Shown here in pieces: positions 42,192 through 52,334 of a DNA stretch of 64,000 nucleotides (its first letter is position 1; each line of letters starts with the position of its first letter). The position numbers and the translations under genes are program-made. The notes beneath the pieces were generated by a model. The model saw nothing but the letters and a program-made list of their open reading frames with translations, was not told the DNA's origin and did no database searches. This DNA comes from Candidatus Eiseniibacteriota bacterium (lineage in GTDB: Bacteria; Eisenbacteria; RBG-16-71-46). The stretch covers positions 64,001 to 128,000 of the forward strand of contig JBGAML010000003.1 of NCBI GenBank assembly GCA_044223005.1, given 5' to 3'.

Positions 42192-43064
42192 ATGAGCGCC
42201 GTCGCGCTCGCGCTGGTGCTCGCGTCGGCGGTCGTGCACGCCGTCTGGAACCTGTGGGCGAAGCAGCTGCCGCACGGGCGGCGGGACGGCACGCTGATGT
42301 GGATGCTCACCGCGATCTCGGCCGTCGCGTACGCGCCCGTGGCCGCGTGGGTGATCGTGCGCACCGGCTGGCGGCCGGATGCGCGCGCGCTCGCGGTGGT
42401 CGCCACGTCGGGCGTGATCCACGTCGCCTACTTCCTGCTGCTGCTGCGCGGCTATCGCTCGGGCGATCTCTCGCTCGTCTACCCGGTCGCGCGCGGCACC
42501 GGACCGCTGCTCGCCTCGCTCGCCGCGATCCCGCTCCTCGGCGAGACGCCGACGCCGCTCTCGCTCGCGGGACTGGTGCTGATCGTCACCGGCATCCTGG
42601 TGCTGACGCTGCGGCCCGCGGGCGAGGATGCGCGCCGCGGCGTGGCGCTGCGCTACGGGCTCGCCGTGGGCGTGCTGATCGCGACCTACACGCTCTGGGA
42701 CGGTTGGAGCGTCCAGCGCGTCCTCGTGCACCCGATCGTCTTCTACTGGGGTGGCGAGGTGACGCGCGTCCTGCTGTTCACGCCCGCAGCGCTTTCCGAC
42801 CGCGAGGGCGTCAGCGCGCTCTGGCGCGACCAGCGCCACCGCGTGCTGGGCATCGCGCTGCTGTCGCCGCTTTCGTACATGCTCGTATTGCTCGCCATGC
42901 GGATCGGCGCGATCAGCCACATCGCCCCCGCGCGCGAGATCGGGATCCTCGTCGGCGCGTGGCTCGGCGGGCGCGTACTGGGCGAGGGCGAGCGGCACCG
43001 CCGGCTGCTCGCCTCGGCGGCGTTCGCCGCGGGCGTGCTGGCGCTGGCGTTCGCGAAGCACTGA
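42192..43064 (+). CDS. EamA/DMT family transporter
   Basis: HAVWNL, GDLSLVYPVARGTGP, APARE; about 10 TM segments. Confidence 0.9.
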   Translation: MSAVALALVLASAVVHAVWNLWAKQLPHGRRDGTLMWMLTAISAVAYAPVAAWVIVRTGWRPDARALAVVATSGVIHVAYFLLLLRGYRSGDLSLVYPVARGTGPLLASLAAIPLLGETPTPLSLAGLVLIVTGILVLTLRPAGEDARRGVALRYGLAVGVLIATYTLWDGWSVQRVLVHPIVFYWGGEVTRVLLFTPAALSDREGVSALWRDQRHRVLGIALLSPLSYMLVLLAMRIGAISHIAPAREIGILVGAWLGGRVLGEGERHRRLLASAAFAAGVLALAFAKH

Positions 43065-43133
43065 CGCGACGACGCGCGCGGGGCGCGCCCGGTGTGGGCG
43101 CGCCCCGCGTCGTTTCCCGGATTCCGTACGCGT

Positions 43134-44804
43134 CTAGCGGACGATCACCAGCGAACGCGACTGGCGGAAGTCCTTCGTGCGCAGCTGGACGTGGTAGAGA
43201 CCGGGCGCGAGCCGGCGGCCCCACGCGTCGGTGGCGTTCCACTGCACCACGTGCGGGCCCGCGGCGATCGTGCCCTCGGCGAGGCGCGTGACCTCGCGGC
43301 CGACGATGTCGTAGACGCACAGCGTCCCCGGCGAGTCCTGCGCGAGGCTGAACGCGATCGCCGTGCCGCTGGAGGTCGGATTCGGGGCGGCGGGCATCAG
43401 CACGTTGTTGGTCATGGTCTGGCCGACGCTCGCGGCGCCGCCGAACCAGCCGATGTCGACGAACAGCTGCTGCGTCAGGTCGACGCTGTTGTGCAGGCCC
43501 GTCGTGATCGCCGGCTCCATCAGCAGGCTGGGTTCGGCGGACGTGTCGAAGTGCGACACCGAAGAACCGCCCTGGTACGGGTTCGGCGCGTACATCATGG
43601 CGCGCCCGTTGCCGTCGGCGCCCGCGCGCAGGCTCGGGTCGACGAGCAGCGTCGCCGTGACGCCGGACGCGAGCGCTGCCTTGAGCAGCACTCCGTCGGC
43701 CTGCGTGATGCGCACCGAGGGAATCGTGATCGTGGCGTCGCTGCCGCCCATGCCGGCCGGCGGGCAGCCGGCAAGCGTGTCCGCGACGATCGCGCCGATC
43801 GCGCCGGCGAGCTGCGCGTTCTTCACCTTGGTCGTGAAGCCGCACGTGCCGCGGTCGATGAACGCGATCTTGCCCGAGAGGTTGTTCAGGAACGTCTCGC
43901 AGCCGTTGGTCGGGTTGCCGAAGTTGTCGTTCGCGAGCACGACCTGGCCCGTCACGCCCACGGAGTTGAGCGCGGCGCCGAACGTCGCCGTGCCGACCTC
44001 GTAGTCGCCGGCGACGCCGGCCGGAGCCGTGACGCGCAGCACGGGCTTGGTACCGAGCACCGTGGGCAGCTTGCTGCGCACCGACATGCCGTCCCACGCG
44101 AGCTTGTTGCACGAGATCGCGGAGGCGGCGCGCTGCGCGTCGGACTCCGAGTCCCAGTGCAGCCCGGTCGCGCGGTCGAGCAGGTAGTGGTCCCAGAGCG
44201 ACGGGAAGCCGCCGCTCTGCGCGCCGCTCGAGCCGTTCGTGATGGTCGAGAAGCCCAGGCCGTGGCCGAGCTCGTGGATCACGACGGGCAGCAGCTCGAT
44301 CTGCGAGCCTTCGTTGCCGTCGAGGCCGTAGTACCAGCCCACCGTGAGGCAGGTCGCGGAGCCGACCGACGAGTTGAACTGCGCGTTGATGTCCGGGCTC
44401 GCGCCACCGTCGAGGTCGCTGTTCGCGAGCTTGTTGGCGAGCGCGACGTGATACCACGTGCCGGTCCAGATCGCGTTCGGGAAGTCGCGGTAGTAGGTGG
44501 AGGCGCCCGCGCTGCCGAGCACGCCGGAGGTGGCCGAGCACGAGAGCGGGTTGAACTGGGCGTTCACCTTGACCTCGATGTTGTCCGGCAGGATCGCGCC
44601 CCAGAGATTGGCCGCGGTCTGGAACACGATCAGCCGCTGCTGGCCGACCGTCGTGCCGGAGTTGCCGCCGACCGCCGGGACGACGGTGGGATCGTTGAAG
44701 CCTTCACCGGCGGCGTCGGCGTTCACGATCGTGATGGTGGCGGCGTGGGCGAGCGGCGCGGCGAGCAGCGCGGCGGCGAAGGCGAGTGCGAGAGGGCGGC
44801 GCAT
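43134..44804 (-). CDS. Secreted PA-domain zinc metallopeptidase with FlgD/T9SS-A-like CTD
   Basis: HELGHGLGF; PA domain GKIAFIDRGTCGFTTKVKNAQLAGA; GSSVSHFD...LMEP; PNP...YDIVGREV CTD. Confidence 0.88.
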   Translation of the reverse strand: MRRPLALAFAAALLAAPLAHAATITIVNADAAGEGFNDPTVVPAVGGNSGTTVGQQRLIVFQTAANLWGAILPDNIEVKVNAQFNPLSCSATSGVLGSAGASTYYRDFPNAIWTGTWYHVALANKLANSDLDGGASPDINAQFNSSVGSATCLTVGWYYGLDGNEGSQIELLPVVIHELGHGLGFSTITNGSSGAQSGGFPSLWDHYLLDRATGLHWDSESDAQRAASAISCNKLAWDGMSVRSKLPTVLGTKPVLRVTAPAGVAGDYEVGTATFGAALNSVGVTGQVVLANDNFGNPTNGCETFLNNLSGKIAFIDRGTCGFTTKVKNAQLAGAIGAIVADTLAGCPPAGMGGSDATITIPSVRITQADGVLLKAALASGVTATLLVDPSLRAGADGNGRAMMYAPNPYQGGSSVSHFDTSAEPSLLMEPAITTGLHNSVDLTQQLFVDIGWFGGAASVGQTMTNNVLMPAAPNPTSSGTAIAFSLAQDSPGTLCVYDIVGREVTRLAEGTIAAGPHVVQWNATDAWGRRLAPGLYHVQLRTKDFRQSRSLVIVR

Positions 44805-44805
44805 G

Positions 44806-45186
44806 TCAGCGCTCCTCCAGCGCCGGCGCCGCGGGTTCCTGCGGTGCCGTGAGGATCGCACGCAGCGCGTCGGCGTCCTCGACGCAGCGGAACACGATGC
44901 GGCCGTCGGCGGCGATGCTCGCGGTCGCGAAGTCCTGGAAGCGGCCCTGCGCGTCGAAGCCGACGGCGCCGTTGGGAAGCAGCACCATCACGAGCCCTTC
45001 CATGGAACGGCTCACGGCGTTGATCTCCGCCGCCGAGAGCGGCGGCAGGCCGGGCCGGCTCATCGACGCCGGCGCGACGGTCGCGACGTCGGTCGCGGTC
45101 GCGGTGTGGACCTGCGCCGCGGCAGGCGCGGCGATCGCCACCGTCGCCAGCAGCGCGGCGAGGGCGGACAGCGAGATTCGGGACAT
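44806..45186 (-). CDS. Small exported protein coupled to the peptidase (post-PEP-CTERM-1-like)
   Basis: Signal peptide; SMEGL...PNG...DAQGRFQ...DG...C motif; stop lies 1 nt before the peptidase start. Confidence 0.7.
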   Translation of the reverse strand: MSRISLSALAALLATVAIAAPAAAQVHTATATDVATVAPASMSRPGLPPLSAAEINAVSRSMEGLVMVLLPNGAVGFDAQGRFQDFATASIAADGRIVFRCVEDADALRAILTAPQEPAAPALEER

Positions 45187-45320
45187 GAGCGCGTCTCCCC
45201 GGGAACGTCGATGGGGCGGGAGTCGCGCCGGCGGGAGTCGCCGGCGATGCCTTCCGCCGGAAGCGCCCCCCTGCAATGCAAGAATCGTCCACAACGACTT
45301 GCGCGCAGCGATGGGCACTT

Positions 45321-45335
45321 TGGCCCGCGAATCGC
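45321..45335 (+). promoter_or_regulatory. Possible sigma54 promoter of the OPT gene
   Basis: TGGCCCG-cgaa-TCGC with exact GG-N10-GC spacing. Confidence 0.35.
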
Positions 45336-45443
45336 GAGTCGCGCGCTGCATTCCGCACGATTCCCCTTGCGACTCGCGGCTCGGGGTCCGAGGCTGGCCG
45401 GCGATCGTCGTTCGACCCGAGACCCGCAGTCCGGAGGCATCCC

Positions 45444-47402
45444 TTGGCGACCCAGGCCGTCCCCGAGACCCCACGCACTCCCGAAGAGATCGAGCGTCAC
45501 TGGTTCGAGAACGTCTATGCGGGCGACCGCATGCCGCAGCTCACCAAGCGTGCGCTGGTGATGGGCATGCTGCTCGGCATGCTGATGGCGTGCTCGAACG
45601 TCTACGTGGGCCTCAAGTCCGGCTGGGGCATGGGCGTCGCGATCACGTCGTGCATCATGGCGTGGTCGGCGTTCGCGATCCTGCACGCGCTGATGCCGAA
45701 GCTCTTCCCCCCGTACAGCGTGCTCGAGAACAACGCCATGCAGTCGTGCGCGTCGGCGGCGGGCGTCATCACCGGCGCCGGGCTCGTCAACGCGATCCCG
45801 GCGCTGCTCATGCTGGCGCCGCAGATGCTCCCGACCAGTTTCGCCCAGCGCTGCCTCTGGCTGATCCCGTGGCTCGTCGTGGTGGGGTGGCTCGGCGTGT
45901 TCCTCGCCGTGCCCACCAAGCGCCAGCTCATCAACGTCGAGCAGCTGCCGTTCCCGAGCGGCACCGCGGCCGCGACGACGCTGAAGAGCCTGCACACCGC
46001 GGGCGAGGCCGCGGCGCGTCAGGCGCGCGCGCTCTTCTCGGCGCTCGGCGTGGGCGCGCTCATCACGTGGATGCGCGACGCCGACGCGCCGTGGATGGTC
46101 GCGAAGCCGTGGAGCTGGGCGCCGGACTGGTCGCCGATCAAGGGCCTCGTCGCGATCAAGGCCCTGCCGTGGCTGCGCTACCCGCGCGTCGAGTCCACGT
46201 GGGGCACGAGCTGGATCAAGCTCGGCACGTACAAGGACCAGGTGCTCGGCCTGAACCAGGTGACCATGTCGCTCGAGGGCTCGCTGCTGTTCATCGCGGC
46301 GGGCGCGATCATCTCGTTCCGGCAGGCGTGGAGCATGATGCTGGGCGCGATCATCAACTATGTGGTGCTGGCGCCGATCTTCCTGCGCGCGGGCGACATC
46401 TCGAGCCCATCGTTCCGCAACATCTCGCGCTGGAGCCTCTGGACCGGCGTTCCCATGATGGTGACCTCGGGCCTGCTGCTCTTCTTCATGAACTGGCGCA
46501 GCGTGGTGCGCGCGTTCAGCACGATCGGCACGCTCATGCAGAAGCGCGAGGGCGGGGCCGAAGATCCCATGGACCGGATCGAGGTGCCGGGCACGTGGTT
46601 CATCACCGGCTACGTGCTGCTGGGCACCGCGGCGATCGTGCTCGGGCACGCGCTGTTCCACATCCAGTGGTGGATGGGGCTCATCGCGGTGCTCGCCACG
46701 TTCCTGCTGGTCGTGGTCGCGGCGCGCGCGACGGGCGAGACCGACGTGACGCCGGTCGGGCCGCTCTCCAAGATCACGCAGCTCACGTTCGGCGTGATCG
46801 CGCCCGGCAACGTGCCGGTGAACCTCATGACCGCGAACATCACCGCGGGCGCCGTGAACAGCGCGGGCGACCTGCTCACCGACCTGAAGAGCGGCTACCT
46901 GCTCGGCGCGAACCCCCGGCAGCAGTTCTTCGCGCAGTTCTTCGGCGTGCTCGCGGGCGCGGCGGTCGTGATCCCGGTCTTCTTCATCCTGATCCCCGAC
47001 GTCTCCATGCTCGGCACCGAGAAGTGGCCCGCGCCCGCGGCGCTGGTGTGGCGCGGCGTCGCCGAGCTGCTCGCCAAGGGCCCCGAGTCGCTGCCGGTCT
47101 CCGCGCGCTTCGGCCTCGTGATCGGTGGCGTGCTCGGGGTCGTGCTCACGCTGCTCGAAAAGTGGTTCCCCAAGCACCGGAACTTCATCCCGTCACCGAC
47201 CGGCCTCGGGCTCGCGTTCACGATCAACGGCTTCAACACGATCTCGATGTTCCTCGGCGCGACGCTCGCGATGCTGTTCGCGAAGTGGAAGCCGAAGACG
47301 GCCGAGGAGTACGTGGTGCCCGTGTCGTCCGGGATCATCGCGGGCGAGAGCCTGATGGGCGTGGCGATCGCGTTCCTGGGGGCGCTGCACATCCTCAACT
47401 AG
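45444..47402 (+). CDS. OPT family oligopeptide transporter
   Basis: TTG after GGAGG; NVYVGLKSG, ENN, LPFPSGTA, GETDVTP, DLKSGYLLGA, SGIIAGESL. Confidence 0.92.
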   Translation: MATQAVPETPRTPEEIERHWFENVYAGDRMPQLTKRALVMGMLLGMLMACSNVYVGLKSGWGMGVAITSCIMAWSAFAILHALMPKLFPPYSVLENNAMQSCASAAGVITGAGLVNAIPALLMLAPQMLPTSFAQRCLWLIPWLVVVGWLGVFLAVPTKRQLINVEQLPFPSGTAAATTLKSLHTAGEAAARQARALFSALGVGALITWMRDADAPWMVAKPWSWAPDWSPIKGLVAIKALPWLRYPRVESTWGTSWIKLGTYKDQVLGLNQVTMSLEGSLLFIAAGAIISFRQAWSMMLGAIINYVVLAPIFLRAGDISSPSFRNISRWSLWTGVPMMVTSGLLLFFMNWRSVVRAFSTIGTLMQKREGGAEDPMDRIEVPGTWFITGYVLLGTAAIVLGHALFHIQWWMGLIAVLATFLLVVVAARATGETDVTPVGPLSKITQLTFGVIAPGNVPVNLMTANITAGAVNSAGDLLTDLKSGYLLGANPRQQFFAQFFGVLAGAAVVIPVFFILIPDVSMLGTEKWPAPAALVWRGVAELLAKGPESLPVSARFGLVIGGVLGVVLTLLEKWFPKHRNFIPSPTGLGLAFTINGFNTISMFLGATLAMLFAKWKPKTAEEYVVPVSSGIIAGESLMGVAIAFLGALHILN

Positions 47403-47480
47403 CGCCCACGGGGGCTTGGAGTCGCGGCCCGATCGGTGGCACCCTGCGGGCCGCGATCGTCCATCCCACCGGAGGCAGGC

Positions 47481-48257
47481 ATGTCGCTCGTCGAGATCGA
47501 ACGCAGGGGACCCGTCGCCCACGTCTGGCTCAACCGTCCCGAGGCGCACAACGCGCTGAACGCCGAGCTGGGTGACGCCCTCGTCGCGGCGCTCGCGTCA
47601 CTGCGTGACGACGCTGGCGCGCGCGTCGTCGTGCTGGGCGGGCGCGGACCGAGCTTCTGCGCCGGCGCCGACATCGGCGCCATGCGGACGAGCGCGAACG
47701 CGTCGTTCGAGCAGAACCTCGCCGAGGCCGAACGCCTGGGCGGGATGTTCGCCGCGGTCGCCGACTTCCCACGCCCGGTCGTCGGGCGCGTGCACGGCGG
47801 CGTCTACGGCGGCGGTGTCGGATTCGCGTGCGCGTGCGACATCACCGTCGCCTCCGAAGACGCGAAGTTCGGGCTCACCGAGGCGCGGCTCGGGATCGTG
47901 CCCGGGCTGATCTCGCCGTGGGTGATCCGCCGGATCGGCGATCGCCACGCGCGCGAGCTGATGCTGACGGGCGAGCGATTCGGCGCTGACACCGCGTTGC
48001 GCGTCGGGCTCGTGCACCACGTCGTGCCGGCCGCGGAACTCGACGCGAAGGTCGACGAGCGCGTGGGCGAGCTCCTGAAGAGCGGCCCGCTCGCGCAGGG
48101 CCGCATCAAGCAGCTGCTCGCGCAGTGGGGCGACGCCGGCTGGGCGGAGTACCGCGCCGGCCTGCCGCGCGCGCTCGCCGAGGTGCGCGCCGGCGACGAG
48201 GCGAAGGACGGCCTTGCCGCGTTCTTCGAGAAGCGCAAGCCGAAGTGGCAGGCCTGA
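47481..48257 (+). CDS. Enoyl-CoA hydratase family (methylglutaconyl-CoA hydratase-like)
   Basis: LNRPEAHNAL, FCAGADI, GGGVG, EARLGIVP; adjacent to the MCC alpha genes. Confidence 0.9.
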   Translation: MSLVEIERRGPVAHVWLNRPEAHNALNAELGDALVAALASLRDDAGARVVVLGGRGPSFCAGADIGAMRTSANASFEQNLAEAERLGGMFAAVADFPRPVVGRVHGGVYGGGVGFACACDITVASEDAKFGLTEARLGIVPGLISPWVIRRIGDRHARELMLTGERFGADTALRVGLVHHVVPAAELDAKVDERVGELLKSGPLAQGRIKQLLAQWGDAGWAEYRAGLPRALAEVRAGDEAKDGLAAFFEKRKPKWQA

Positions 48258-48308
48258 CGCCGGCGGCCGTGGTTCCGCGCCGCCGTTTCGCGTAGTCTCC
48301 CGCCACCC

Positions 48309-49817
48309 ATGTTCCGCAAGGTCCTGATCGCCAACCGCGGCGAGATCGCGTGCCGGATCGCCGCGACGCTGCACGAGATGGGCATCCGCGCGGTCGCCGT
48401 CTACTCCGACGCCGACCGCGGGGCGCTCCACACGCGCGTCTGCGACGAGGCCCACCGCATCGGCCCGGCCGAAGCGCGTGCCTCGTACCTCGACGCCGCC
48501 GCGGTGATCGCGGCCGCGAAGGCGAGCGGCGCCGAGGCGATCCACCCGGGCTTCGGCTTCCTGGCCGAGAACGCCGACTTCGCCGCCGCGGTCGAGGCCG
48601 CCGGGCTCGTGTTCGTCGGGCCCACGGCGGACCAGATCCGCGCCATGGGCGACAAGCGCGCCGCGCGCGGGATCGCCGCGAAGGCCGGCGTGCCGATCGT
48701 GCCCGGCGCCGAGGGCGACGACGCCGATGCGCTCGCGAAGGCCGCGAAGTCGATCGGCTACCCGGTCATGGTGAAGGCCGCGCTGGGCGGCGGCGGCAAG
48801 GGCATGCGCGCCGTGAACGGCGAGGCCGAGCTGCGCGAGGCCGTCGAATCCGCGCAGCGGCTCGCGCGCTCGGCGTTCGGCGATGCGTCGGTGTTCCTCG
48901 AGAAGCGGCTGGTGCACGCGCGCCACATCGAGGTGCAGGTGCTGGGCGACGGCCACGGCCACGCGGTGCACCTGTTCGAGCGCGAGTGCTCGCTGCAGCG
49001 CCGGCACCAGAAGGTGGTCGAGGAGGCGCCCTCCCCGTCGATCTCGGAAGCGGAGCGCGAGCGCATGACCGCGGCCGCCGTACGGCTGGCCGAGGCCGTG
49101 AGCTACCGCGGCGCCGGGACGATCGAGATGCTGCGAGCCGAGGACGGCGCGTTCTACTTCCTCGAGATGAACACGCGCCTCCAGGTCGAGCACCCGGTCA
49201 CGGAGTTCATCACCGGCATCGACCTCGTGCGCGCCCAGCTGCACGTCGCGGTCACGGGCACGCTGCCGTTCAACCAGTCCGAGATCCGCCGTCACGGCCA
49301 CGCGATCGAGGCGCGGCTCTACGCCGAAGACGCCGCGCGCGGGTTCCTGCCGCAGGCGGGCACCGCGCTGCGCGTGCGCTGGCCGCACGGGCCCTTCACG
49401 CGCGTCGATCGCGGCATCGAGGCGGGCGACGAGGTCACGGTGCACTACGACCCGATGCTCGCGAAGGTGATCGCGTTCGGCAGCACGCGCGACGCCGCGC
49501 TCGCGCGGCTCGCGGGCGCGCTCGACCCGATGCGCGTGCACGGCGTGGTGACCAACCTGCCGTTCCTGCGCGCGCTGCTGCGCTCGCCCGACGTGGCCGC
49601 AGGCCGCTTCGACACCGAGTGGATCGAGCGCGAGTTCCTCGCCGGCTTCGAGTCGGCCGTGCAGGCGCCGGCGCCCGATCTCGCGCTCGCGGCCGCGGCG
49701 ATCGCCGAGGCCATGGGCCTCGACGTCACGCGCGGCCCGGCCGGGCACGCCGCCGAGCCCGAGGCGCGCGATCCGTTCGCGACGCTGGGCCCCTGGCGGC
49801 AGGGAGGCCTCGCGTGA
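48309..49817 (+). CDS. Biotin carboxylase subunit (MCC alpha N-terminal part)
   Basis: KVLIANRGEIA, GGGGKGMR, RECSLQRRHQK, FLEMNTRLQVEHPVTE. Confidence 0.93.
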   Translation: MFRKVLIANRGEIACRIAATLHEMGIRAVAVYSDADRGALHTRVCDEAHRIGPAEARASYLDAAAVIAAAKASGAEAIHPGFGFLAENADFAAAVEAAGLVFVGPTADQIRAMGDKRAARGIAAKAGVPIVPGAEGDDADALAKAAKSIGYPVMVKAALGGGGKGMRAVNGEAELREAVESAQRLARSAFGDASVFLEKRLVHARHIEVQVLGDGHGHAVHLFERECSLQRRHQKVVEEAPSPSISEAERERMTAAAVRLAEAVSYRGAGTIEMLRAEDGAFYFLEMNTRLQVEHPVTEFITGIDLVRAQLHVAVTGTLPFNQSEIRRHGHAIEARLYAEDAARGFLPQAGTALRVRWPHGPFTRVDRGIEAGDEVTVHYDPMLAKVIAFGSTRDAALARLAGALDPMRVHGVVTNLPFLRALLRSPDVAAGRFDTEWIEREFLAGFESAVQAPAPDLALAAAAIAEAMGLDVTRGPAGHAAEPEARDPFATLGPWRQGGLA

Positions 49818-50296
49818 GGTCGGCGTGGCGCGACGGCGACCGCGTCCGCGCGGTCGAGCTGACGCCGCTCGGCGGCGGGCGCTTCCAGGTGAGCGTCGAC
49901 GACGCGCCGCTCGAGGTGCACGCCGAGCCGCTGGACGGCGGCCGCATCCTGCTGCGCACCGCCGACGGCGATACGGTCGCCGAGGTCACCGCCGCGGGCG
50001 CGCGGCGGTTCGTGCGCGTCGGCACCCTGGAGTTCGTGCTCGACCGCGAGTCCACGCGCCGCGGCGGCGGTGCGGGCCCGCAGGCGGGCATGACCGCGCC
50101 CATGAACGGCGTCGTGACGCGCGTGCTCGTCGAGCCCGACGACGAAGTCACCAAGGGCCAGCCGCTGGTCGCGCTCGAGGCCATGAAGATGGAGCACGTC
50201 GTGCGCGCCCCGCGCGACGGGCGCGTGAAGGCCGTGCACGCCCGGACCGGCGAAATGGTGCAGGGCGGCACGGTTCTCGTGGAGCTGCACGAGTGA
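49814..50296 (+). CDS. Biotin carboxyl carrier protein (BT plus BCCP domains)
   Basis: GTGA overlap with GGAGG RBS; APMNG...LEAMKME biotinylation motif. Confidence 0.9.
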   Translation: MRSAWRDGDRVRAVELTPLGGGRFQVSVDDAPLEVHAEPLDGGRILLRTADGDTVAEVTAAGARRFVRVGTLEFVLDRESTRRGGGAGPQAGMTAPMNGVVTRVLVEPDDEVTKGQPLVALEAMKMEHVVRAPRDGRVKAVHARTGEMVQGGTVLVELHE

Positions 50297-51372
50297 GCGC
50301 GGGCGAGTCGCCGCGGCGGGGCGCGCAGGAGTCGGCGCGCACGGCGGCGTTCACGGTGCTGTTCGCGAGCGTCGCGTGGCTGCTCTGGCAATTGCGCGAG
50401 GTGCTGCTGCTCGTGGGCCTGTCGGCGCTGCTGGCGTTCGCGCTCGATCCTCTGGTCGCGCTGATCGAACGGATCCGCACGCCGTGGGGCGGCGTGCGCC
50501 GCGGTCTCGCGTCGGCGATCGTGATCGTGGCGTTGGTCGCGCTCGGCCTGTGGGCGCTCCTCACCGCGCTCCCGCATCTCGCGCGCGAACTCGCGCGCTT
50601 CATCGAGGGCGCGCCGGGCTCGCTCGAGCGGCTGCTCGCGGCGCTGCGCGAGTTCGCGACCGAGCGCGGCGCGGGCGCGTGGCTGGGGCCGCTGGGTGGC
50701 GACGAGCCCATGAGCGCGTCGGAACTGCTCCGCCGCTCCGGCGGCGCCATCCTCGCCGCGGTCGCGCGCGGCTTCGGCTCGCTCGGCCACGTGATCGGGC
50801 TCGCGCTGATCCCGATCCTCGCCTTCTGGCTGCTCGCGCAGCGCGAGGCGGTCGAGCACAGCACGCTCGAGTTCGTGCCCGAGGAGGCGCGGCCGCGCGT
50901 GCGCCAGGTGCTGGTCGCGATCGACCGCGCGCTGCGCAGTTACGTGCGCGGCCAGAGCATCGTCTGCGCCACCATGGGCGTGCTGGTCGGGCTCTCGCTC
51001 GCGGTGCTCGGCGTGCCGGTGCCCGCGCTGCTCGGCACGCTGGTCGCCGTCGCGGAGGTCGTGCCCATCCTCGGCTTCTGGACCGCGTCGCTCGCGATCG
51101 TGCTCGCCGGCTGGACGGCCTCGCCCGGGCAGGCGCTCGAAGGCTGGCTCGCCTACGTGGTCGTGAACCAGGCCACTTCGCTGCTCGTGACGCCGCGCGT
51201 GATGGGCCGGCACATGAAACTGCACCCGTTCGTCGTGATCGTCAGCATCCTCGCGGGCGGCGCGCTCATGGGCGCCGCGGGCGCCGTGCTCGCACTGCCG
51301 CTCGCCGCCGCCGTCCAGTCCGTCGTCTCGGAGTTCGCGCGCCGCCCCGAACCGGCGCGCTCGCAGGCGTGA
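50293..51372 (+). CDS. AI-2E family transporter
   Basis: LAFALDPLV, YVRGQ, VPILG, PRVMG...LHP...GAVLALP. Confidence 0.9.
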   Translation: MSAGESPRRGAQESARTAAFTVLFASVAWLLWQLREVLLLVGLSALLAFALDPLVALIERIRTPWGGVRRGLASAIVIVALVALGLWALLTALPHLARELARFIEGAPGSLERLLAALREFATERGAGAWLGPLGGDEPMSASELLRRSGGAILAAVARGFGSLGHVIGLALIPILAFWLLAQREAVEHSTLEFVPEEARPRVRQVLVAIDRALRSYVRGQSIVCATMGVLVGLSLAVLGVPVPALLGTLVAVAEVVPILGFWTASLAIVLAGWTASPGQALEGWLAYVVVNQATSLLVTPRVMGRHMKLHPFVVIVSILAGGALMGAAGAVLALPLAAAVQSVVSEFARRPEPARSQA

Positions 51373-51404
51373 GCGGCCACGTGCTGCCGCGCCGGGAGAT
51401 CGCC

Positions 51405-52229
51405 ATGTTGCGCAACGCCTCGTTCGCGGCGGCCGCCGCACTGCTCGCCGCGCTGCTCGGACTCGCCGGCTGCGGTTCCTCGAGCCATACGACCGCGCCC
51501 ACGCCGCCCGCGGGCAACACGCTCGCCGACCTGCGCGCCATGCTGGCGAGCACGGTCGTGCCCGGCACGGTGCTGCCGCCCAACGCGGACACCACCGCGA
51601 CGCTGCTCGCGACGATGGACGTCGACGGCCTGCGCGCGGCGTCGGCGACGTTCGTGGTCGGTGCGAGCCTCGCCCAGGCCGGCACGGTGAGCGTCGAGGG
51701 CAACTCGGGCGGCGGCGGTGGCGAGATCGACCTCGACCGGCTGACGGTCAACTACGGCGGCACGCAGTCCACGTACACGACGCTCGTGAGCCACCCGCTG
51801 GGCGTGAATCTCGCGTTCGACGGCTCGACGTTCCATCGCTTCACCGCCACCGGCTCCGCGACGGTCTCGGCGCTCGTGGACAGCATCCGCGCCGTCACGC
51901 TGCCCACGCTCGCGACCCCGGCGGCGAGCGCCGACGTGCCGCGCGCCTCGGACCTGGCCGTGACGTGGTCCGATGCCGGCACCGACACGACCGTCTACGT
52001 GATCGCCGCGGTCGGCTCGACGGTCGACAGCGCGAAGATCGCGCTCGGCGTGCTCGTGCGCGACGTCGCGGGCGCGACCAGCATCCCGGCGGCGCGCCTC
52101 GGGGCGCTGCCCGCCGGCAACGCCACGCTCGCCGTCACGCGCTACCGGCTCGCGTACCACACGCCGGGCGGCCGCAAGGTCGGGCTCGCGTGCATGGGAA
52201 CCCGGACGCGGGCGCTGACGCTGAACTGA
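51405..52229 (+). CDS. Hypothetical lipoprotein
   Basis: GGGAG RBS; lipobox LAGC followed by a Ser/Thr/Pro linker. Confidence 0.8.
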   Translation: MLRNASFAAAAALLAALLGLAGCGSSSHTTAPTPPAGNTLADLRAMLASTVVPGTVLPPNADTTATLLATMDVDGLRAASATFVVGASLAQAGTVSVEGNSGGGGGEIDLDRLTVNYGGTQSTYTTLVSHPLGVNLAFDGSTFHRFTATGSATVSALVDSIRAVTLPTLATPAASADVPRASDLAVTWSDAGTDTTVYVIAAVGSTVDSAKIALGVLVRDVAGATSIPAARLGALPAGNATLAVTRYRLAYHTPGGRKVGLACMGTRTRALTLN

Positions 52230-52334
52230 TCGGCCCGCCCGTAAGCGTGCCCGCTCGCAACGGCTTCCGGGCGCGGCGGCCGTCGCGCGCACATCAGGCT
52301 CAATCGCCGTGTTTCGGCGCCGATAATTCCCCAC

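Noticed and set aside
49814..49817. Frameshift pseudogene in MCC alpha
   Set aside because: A GTGA start/stop overlap with a GGAGG RBS at a domain boundary indicates a genuine two-gene arrangement.
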